Of a stretch of DNA of 59,663 nucleotides, positions 52,225-59,663 are shown piece by piece. The DNA comes from Octopus sinensis (taxonomy: Eukaryota), in contig NW_021832426.1 of the NCBI RefSeq assembly GCF_006345805.1, positions 1-59,663 of the forward strand. The letters run 5' to 3'. The notes under the pieces were generated by a model that was not told the origin of the DNA, did not search any database, and saw only the letters and a program-made list of their open reading frames with translations. A program made the position numbers and the translations under genes. Within the stretch, counting starts at the first letter, position 1. Each line of letters opens with the position of its first letter.

Positions 52225-52613
52225 GGGTGGAAGCACTCCGTCGGTTACGACGATGAGGGTTCCGGTTGATCCGAATCAACGGAACAGCCTGCTCGTGAAA
52301 TTAACGTGTAAGTGGCTGAGCACTCCACAGACACGTGTACCCTTAACGTAGTTCTCGAGGATATTCAGCGTGACACAGAGAGTGACAAGGCCGGCCCCTT
52401 GAAATACAGGTACAACAGAAACAGGAAGTAAGAGTGAGAGAAAGTTGTGGTGAAAGAGTACAGCAGGGATCACCACCATCCCCTGCCGGAGTCTCGTGGA
52501 GCTTTTAGGTGTTTTCGCTCAATAAACACTCACAACGCCCGGTCTGGGAATCGAAACCGCGATCCTATGACCGCGAGTCCGCTGCCCTAACCACTGCGCC
52601 ATTGCGCCTCCAC
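52225..52613 (-). mobile_element. SINE family B, full length
   Basis: TSD TAATGGTTGT on both sides. Confidence 0.9.
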
Positions 52614-52864
52614 TAATGGTTGTATAACGTCAGCGATGGTTTGGTTTGGCTTGAGTTTGCTTCGCTTGGCTTGACTTGATGTCCGTTAGATTGCGCTCTC
52701 GACTTTCAGTCAAGTGAAGAAATACCGTGCATATGTTTGTGTGCGTGTATGATTGAACTAGCATTATGACCCGGCGTTGTCGTGTCTAGTGCTACCGCTT
52801 GTTGTTCGTTGCCGGGTCGCAGTAACATTTTCTCACTAAATCAAGAGCTAAGTTTCATATCACA

Positions 52865-53260
52865 CTAGCAGTATCGCCCGGCGTTGCTCGGGTTTGTAAG
52901 GGAAATAACTATATAAGCATTTTTAGAGATGTAAAGTATAATAGCCATCTCAATATGGCTAACCACAAAGGGGAGTGATACTGTAGCTTTTTACGTTCTG
53001 AGATTTAATAATACATTTTTAGAGAGTTACTTCCCTTATATATGCCAAAAATGCATTAAAAATGGGGAAAAAATGATGGTAAATTTTTTATTAAATCGTA
53101 GACTCATCGTAGACGCGCGCTAATACCCAGAAGGGCTCGATATGAACCACGACTATAAGATACCCGCTTTTGGTTAAACTGCACCGCAAAATATGGGAGT
53201 AGTTAGGAATCTAAATCGTAGGAGACAGACACCACACAACCTCACTTTTATATATATAGA
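52865..53260 (-). mobile_element. Non-autonomous Helitron, family 1
   Basis: Minus strand A|TC...CCCGAGCAACGCCGGGCGATACTGCTAG|T. Confidence 0.85.
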
Positions 53261-53529
53261 TTTCAGCCCGGGCCAGTTTTGTTGTTTATGAGCTAGCTGG
53301 AGGTTTTTATGAGAGTAATTAGTATTCATTGGACTTATGGGCATAAGGGGTTGGTTTATCAATTTTTTAATGGCTTTCTGGGGTGACTGGGGAAAGGAAA
53401 AGATCTTCACGACCCCCCTCAGACAGTTTTAAAGCCCATATAGAAAATGCGAGCCTTTTACGTGAAAAACTGTGGATTCGTATAAAGGACACACAGATAC
53501 AAAGACATTTTGCCGTTTATAGATATAGG

Positions 53530-53962
53530 TATGTATACATACATACATACATACATACATACATACATACATACATACATACATGCATACATACTTACAT
53601 ACATACATACATACATATATACATACATACATACATACATACATACATGCATACATACATACATACATACATACATACATACATACATGCATACATACTT
53701 ACATACATACATACACACATACATACATACATACATACATGCATACATACATGCATGCATACATACATACATACATGCATGCATACATACTTACATACAT
53801 ACATACACACATACATACATACATACATACATACATACATGCATGCATACATACATACATACATACATACATACATACATGCATGCATACATACATACAT
53901 ACATACATACATACATACATGCATACATACATACATACATACATACATGCATGCATACATAC

Positions 53963-53993
<31 letters not shown>

Positions 53994-54336
53994 CATACAT
54001 ACGTACATACATACATGCATACATACATACATACGTACATACATGCATGCATACATACATACATACATACATGCATGCATACATACATACATACATACAT
54101 ACATACATGCATGCATACATACATACATACATACATACATACATACATACATGCATGCATACATACTTACATACATACACATACATACATATATACATAC
54201 ATACATACATACATACATGCATGCATACATACTTACATACATACATACATACATACATACATGCATGCATGCATACATACATACATACATACATACATAC
54301 ATACATACATACATACATACATGCATGCATACATAC

Positions 54337-54367
<31 letters not shown>

Positions 54368-54516
54368 CATACATGCATCCATACATACATACATACATAC
54401 ATACATACATACATACATACATGCATACATACATACATACATACGTACATACATACATGCATACATACATACATACATGCATACATACTTACATACATAC
54501 ATGCATACATACATAC

Positions 54517-54547
<31 letters not shown>

Positions 54548-54691
54548 CATACATACATGCATAATACATACATACATACATACATACATGGATGCATACA
54601 TACATACATACATACATGCATACATACATACATATATACATACATACATGCATACATACATACATACATACATACATACATGCATACATAC

Positions 54692-54762
<71 letters not shown>

Positions 54763-55020
54763 CACACATATATACATACATACATACATACATGCATGCA
54801 TGCATGCATGCATACATACATACATACATACATACATACATACATACATACATACATACATACCTACATACATACATACATGCATGCATGCATACATAGT
54901 ACATACATACATACATACACGCATGCATACATACATACATACATACATACATAATACATACATACATACATACATACATACATACATACATACATACATA
55001 CATACATACATACATACACA
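53530..55020. repeat. ~1.5-kb (TACA)n array with recurrent TGCA/ACTT variants
   Basis: Seen directly. Confidence 0.95.
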
Positions 55021-55072
55021 TTCGAAGCGACAAGTCGCGTGGGAGACTTTCTATCGAAAATATTATGAATAC

Positions 55073-55410
55073 ATAGGCGTAGGAGTGGCCGTGTAGTAAG
55101 TAGCTTGCTTACCAACCACATGGTTCCGGGTTCAGCCACACTGCGTGGCACCTTGGGCAAATGTCTTCTGCTATAGCCTCGGGCCGACCAAAGCCTTGAG
55201 AGTGGATTTGGTAGAAGGAATGTGAAAGCAGCCCTTCGTATATATGTATATATATGTATATATGTATGTATGTGTGTATATGTTTGTGTGCCTGTGTCCC
55301 CACCCCACATCGCTTGACAACCGATGCTGGTGTGTTTACGTCCCCGTCGTATATACGTATATATGTATATGTGTGTATATGTTTGTGTGTCTGTGTTTGT
55401 CCCCCCAACA
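55073..55410 (+). mobile_element. SINE family A, 3'-truncated with internal re-duplication
   Basis: Head intact; after TACGTCCCCGTC the microsatellite segment starts again. Confidence 0.8.
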
Positions 55411-55717
55411 TGAATGCACCTTGAAAGTTACCCTCCGAGGTACAAGTCCGGGCAAGATTGTTTATGGAAGGCCAGCAGTCGCCCATGCATATCGACCTAC
55501 CCTCTCCGCGCCACTGATGTTATCCAAGGGAAAGGCAAAGGGGCCGATACAGCATGGCACCAGTGATGTCGTAACTCATTTCTACAGCTGAGTGGACTGG
55601 AGCAACGTGAAATAATGTGTCTTGCTCAAGAACACAACACGCAGCCCGGTCCGGGAATCGAACTCACAACCTCACCATCGTAAGCTCTACGCTCTAACCA
55701 CTGAGCCATGCGCCTTC
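55410..55717 (-). mobile_element. SINE family D (tRNA head, CORE-like GTGTTCTTGAGCAAGACAC)
   Basis: Minus strand GAAGGCGCATGGCTCAGTGGTTAG...GAGTTCGATTCCC. Confidence 0.75.
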
Positions 55718-55935
55718 GGTATGGTAATAAAAGGCTTAAAAATGAGAAATGATTACACTAGGTAATATAGCCTAAAATAATCCCTAAAAAGACGAGATGG
55801 TCGCGTAAGGAAGGCCTTTGATTTGGGGTTTACACCGATAGCGTTTCCCCTCTGCAAGCTCGCCATAAAACAGCATTTTGGATGTGAGTTCATCCGCCAT
55901 ACGACCATCCCCTTGGGTTTTCAGACTCAATATAA

Positions 55936-55981
<46 letters not shown>

Positions 55982-56561
55982 ATATATATAATATATATAT
56001 ATATTATATATATATATATACAAAATAAGAAAATAGATTCTTTCAATCGGTACTTGATGATTGAAAGAAATCTATTCCTCCATTTTCTTATTTTGTATTA
56101 TGAATTTGAGGTACAGCATTTTACCTTCGCCCATATAATACAATAAATGAATTAATTGCATTGCAATTCTTAACATTTACTGGGTACTTTACTGGCAGTA
56201 TATTGGATAAATGATATCCCATGGTGGTTTATACTCATAACCCCTATCTCACTTTGTATATATATATATATATGTACTCACTACCTCCCCTTATTTAGAA
56301 CACTTTTAAACATAAACATAAAGATAACTCTGTTCAAGATAAACATAACGTCGCAAGAAATTTGAAAAGCTAAACGCGAAACCGGTCTTTCTTCTTAATT
56401 ATGTCATTGTAAGAAAAACATTTTTAATATTCTTCAGACATATTGACACAAATATATATATTTTTTAACCTTTAAGCCTTCTGTAGTTTTTTCACTTTTT
56501 ACTATTTTCTATATATTCAACCACATGCTTTCACAAAGCAACTTTCTTATCTATATATATA

Positions 56562-56760
56562 TATGAAAATAAACAAAAGACGAAGGCAGGTGGAATACAA
56601 ACAAACAATTGTATTAGTATGGCGCTGAGGAATATAAATAAAACAAGTCTTTTACGTTTCGAGCCTACGCTCTTCAACAGAAAGATACACAGAAAAGAAA
56701 CACGGAGAGAAACAAGGAGAGAAAAAAAATGCGTGCAGAGGCTAGCGAATCAACATGGCG
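56562..56760 (-). mobile_element. Probable Penelope-like element terminal fragment with a minimal hammerhead-like motif
   Basis: Inserted in (TA)n. Minus-strand TCTTT-CTGTTGA-A-GAGC-GTAG-GCTC-GAAA-CGTA-AAAGA at 56648-56685. Confidence 0.5.
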
Positions 56761-56767
56761 ATATATA

Positions 56768-56805
<38 letters not shown>

Positions 56806-56817
56806 TGTGTGTGTGTG

Positions 56818-57133
56818 AAGGCGCGTGACTCAGTGGTTAGGGGCATTCGGCTCATGATCGTAAGGTCGTGAGTTCAATTCCCGGCGGCGCGTTGTGACCT
56901 TGGCACTTTATCTCACGTTGCTCCAGTCCACTCAGCTGGCAAAAATGAGTAGTACCGGTATTTCAAAGGGTCAGCTTTGTCACACTCTGTTTCACGCTGA
57001 ATCTTCCCCGAGAACTACGTTAAGGGTACACGTGTCTGTGGAGTGCTCAGCCACTTGCATGTTAATTTCACGGGCAAGCTGTTCCGTTGATCGTATCAGC
57101 TGGTACTCTCGTCGTCGCAACCGACGGAGTGCT
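56818..57133 (+). mobile_element. Chimeric SINE: family D head/core with family B tail
   Basis: 5' part matches the reverse complement of 55575-55717; from GTATTTCAAAGGG onward it matches the family B 3' half. Confidence 0.8.
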
Positions 57134-57147
57134 CATATATATATATA

Positions 57148-57182
<35 letters not shown>

Positions 57183-57196
57183 TATAATATAATATG

Positions 57197-57366
57197 ATAG
57201 GAGTGGCTGTGTGGTAAGTAGCTTGCTAACCAAATACACATGGTTCCGGGTTCAGTCCCACTGCGTGGCATCTTGGGCAAGTGTCTTCTGCTATAGCCCC
57301 GGGTCGACCAATGCCTTGTGAGTGGATTTAGTAGACGGAAACTGAAAGAAGCCCGTCGTATATATG

Positions 57367-57418
<52 letters not shown>

Positions 57419-57612
57419 TTGTGTTTGTACCCCTAGCATTGCTTGACAACCGATGCTGGTGTGTTTACGTCCCCGTCTCTTAGCGGTTCGGCAAAAGAGA
57501 CCGATAGAATAAGTACTGGGCTTACAAAGAATAAGTCCCGGGGTCGAGTTGCTCGACTAAAGGCGGTGCTCCAGCATGGCCGCAGTCAAATGACTGAAAC
57601 AAGTAAAAGAGA
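57197..57612 (+). mobile_element. SINE family A, full length (extra tail fragment at 57716-57775)
   Basis: Matches 41772-42180. Confidence 0.9.
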
Positions 57613-57632
57613 ATATATATTATATATATATA

Positions 57633-57671
<39 letters not shown>

Positions 57672-57798
57672 ATATAAATATACATGTATTATAATATAAT
57701 ATAAACATATATATAATCGACTAAAGGCGATGCTACAGTATGGCCGCAGTGAAATGACTGAAGCAAGTAAAAGAACCCGGATTACACTATTCGGCTCG

Positions 57799-58043
57799 TT
57801 TTGGGGATTTGGTTTGCAAGATTCTTTATATGAGTTCGTGTGTTGAAGCATATTCTGTTGTGTCTGGGGAGAGTCATTCAATTTTAGTGCCTTATTATTT
57901 AACACACTCACCGGTAAAATTTCCACTTATTTCTTATTTTTATTTTCCTAAAATTTTCGTTGCGTCTTGCAACCTTTTCAATCGTCAAAAGTGTGTTAAA
58001 TGATAAGGCACTAAAAGAGAATGACTCTCCCCAGACACTACAG
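57799..58043. mobile_element. Fold-back element family F, copy 3
   Basis: 57990-58043 is an inverted copy of 57855-57908. Flanking direct repeat ACTATTC(G/A)GCTCG. Confidence 0.75.
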
Positions 58044-58122
58044 ACTATTCAGCTCGCTCTTAATCAAAGCTTTATGATGGGTCTTGAGCTGGTGGTAGTG
58101 GTGTGTAACTACTATTTCCACT

Positions 58123-58512
58123 GGAGGCGCAATGGCCCAGTGGTTAAGGCAGCGGACTCGCGGTCATAGGATCGCGGTTTCGATTCCCAGACCGGGCGTT
58201 GTGAGTGTTTATTGAGCGAAAACACCTAAAGCTCCACGAGGCTCTAGCAGGGGATGGTGGTGATCCCTGCTGTACTCTTTCACCACAACTTTCTCTCACT
58301 CTTACTTCCTGTTTCTGTTGTACCTGTATTTCAAAGGGCCGGCCTTGTCACACTCTGCGTCACGCTGAATATCCCCGAGAACTACGTTAAGGGTACACGT
58401 GTCTGTGGAGTGCTCAGCCACTTACACGTTAATTTCACGAGCAGGCTGTTCCGTTGGCTGGATCAACCGGAACCCTCGTCGTCGCAACCGACGGAGTGCT
58501 TAAAAAAAAAAA
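58123..58512 (+). mobile_element. SINE family B with poly(A) tail
   Basis: TSD ACTATTTCCACT at 58111-58122 and 58513-58524. Confidence 0.9.
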
Positions 58513-58583
58513 ACTATTTCCACTAGGTCGTACAACCACTCACGTGCTGTATTACTTATTTGTGTAGGTGTTTTACTTCTTTG

Positions 58584-58727
58584 TATAAATATTAAGTATT
58601 TAAGGCTTGCCAAATCGCAGTTACTCTCGATATTCGTGATGTCTTTTCATTATCTAAGAAATTTAGTGATAACACCTGATTCATATTACCTGGAAATTAT
58701 TATCATACTACACTGGTATGTACAGGT
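58584..58727 (+). promoter_or_regulatory. Candidate TATA box, first exon and donor of a third paralogue
   Basis: TATAAATA at 58584-58591. GTATGTACAGGTAAACTA at 58716-58733 is identical to 25782-25799. Confidence 0.4.
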
Positions 58728-58833
58728 AAACTAGTGTACTTCACCTCCAGTTACCTTTATAGAGAGATTTGTACTCATTCGTTACTTACACTTCAATGCT
58801 TGTGATATTTACAAAATATTTATTAGTTCATTT

Positions 58834-59615
58834 TCTGTTATGTCTGGGGAGAGTCATTTTCTTTTTGGGATCTTTTCTGTTTGAACGGTAGTTTTTAACA
58901 TAATTTCCACGTGACTAAACACTTTTAAACTTCGTATACTGGTAGAATGTGTTTATAAAACATCTTTTTCTCTTGGCTTTATTGAGAAAATTTTATAGTT
59001 TGTAAGATATTTGTTTTTTTTCTTCAATTTCTGCAATTTCAACCAATCACTGACGTCTATTGAGGTAAAAAACATTCTGTGCCGTATGAACACGTCCCTC
59101 GTTTAAGAAACAGATTGGTTTTATTTATATTTGTGAAGAAAAAAAGATACCCTTCCCCCCCACCCCTAAACCTAACCCTAACCCTAAAACAGATTGAAAT
59201 GCAGTAGATCGATACTAGGGTCATAATTATGGGTGACAATTTCATATGACACCGCTAGAAAAAACTGCCGTTCAAACCGAAAAGATCCCCTTTTTGTGCC
59301 TTATAATGTAACACACTCACTGGTAAAGTTTCCACTTATTTCTTATTTTTATTTTCCTAAAATTTTCGTTGCGTCTTGCAACCTTTTCAATAGTCTTGAC
59401 TCTCAACTTGACTCTTGACTGAAGTCTATTGAAAAGGTTGCAAGACGCAACTAAAATTTTAGGAAAATAAAAATAAGAAATAAGTGGAAATTTTACCGGT
59501 GAGTGTGTTACATTATAAGGCACAAAAAGAAAATGACACTCCCCAGTCACAACAGAATATGCTTCAACACACGAACTCATATAAAGAATCTTGCAAACCA
59601 AATCCAAAAACGAAA
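58834..59615. mobile_element. Fold-back element family F, copy 4 (palindromic, left arm interrupted by a MITE)
   Basis: Arms turn around at ~59400-59425. Flanking direct repeat TATTAGTT(C/T)ATTT at 58821-58833 and 59616-59628. Confidence 0.75.
58868..59288 (+). mobile_element. MITE, Merlin-like, third copy
   Basis: Same TIRs; TSD TCTTTTTG/CCTTTTTG (7 of 8 match). Confidence 0.85.
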
Positions 59616-59663
59616 TATTAGTTTATTTATTTATCATATATTTCTCTTTGCTATTTACGTTTG

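Noticed and set aside
53383-55096. Long ORFs of 393-528 aa (HTYI/MYVC repeats) and similar ORFs at 1.6-7.7 kb and 43.5-44.3 kb
   Set aside because: They are translations of stop-poor (TACA)n/(TA)n microsatellites, open in several frames on both strands.

Overview
AT-rich, repeat-dense eukaryotic DNA. The SINE, Helitron, Dong/R4, RTE and microsatellite content resembles octopod cephalopod (Octopus-like) genomes; this is recognition, not a database match. There is no long protein-coding gene, and almost all listed ORFs are microsatellite or SINE artefacts. Contents: at least four tRNA-derived SINE types, RTE and Dong/R4 LINE remnants, mariner, Merlin and Helitron DNA transposons, a ~10.3 kb array of an 80-bp satellite, smaller tandem arrays and several fold-back structures. 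Main hidden structure: after removing the repeats by eye, 22.8-59.6 kb resolves into an old tandem duplication of two complete units plus the start of a third. Each complete unit carries a short ORF behind a splice acceptor: 75 aa at 27848-28075 and 56 aa at 51123-51293, the latter below the ORF-track cut-off. The two peptides share a C-terminal amphipathic beta-hairpin pattern. Units 1 and 3 share a TATA box and a splice donor. This suggests an undescribed, fast-evolving two-exon microprotein gene cluster. The 80-bp satellite grew inside unit 2, and its unamplified counterpart is still visible in unit 1. All alignments were done by eye; repeat coordinates are approximate unless TSDs or TIRs are quoted.
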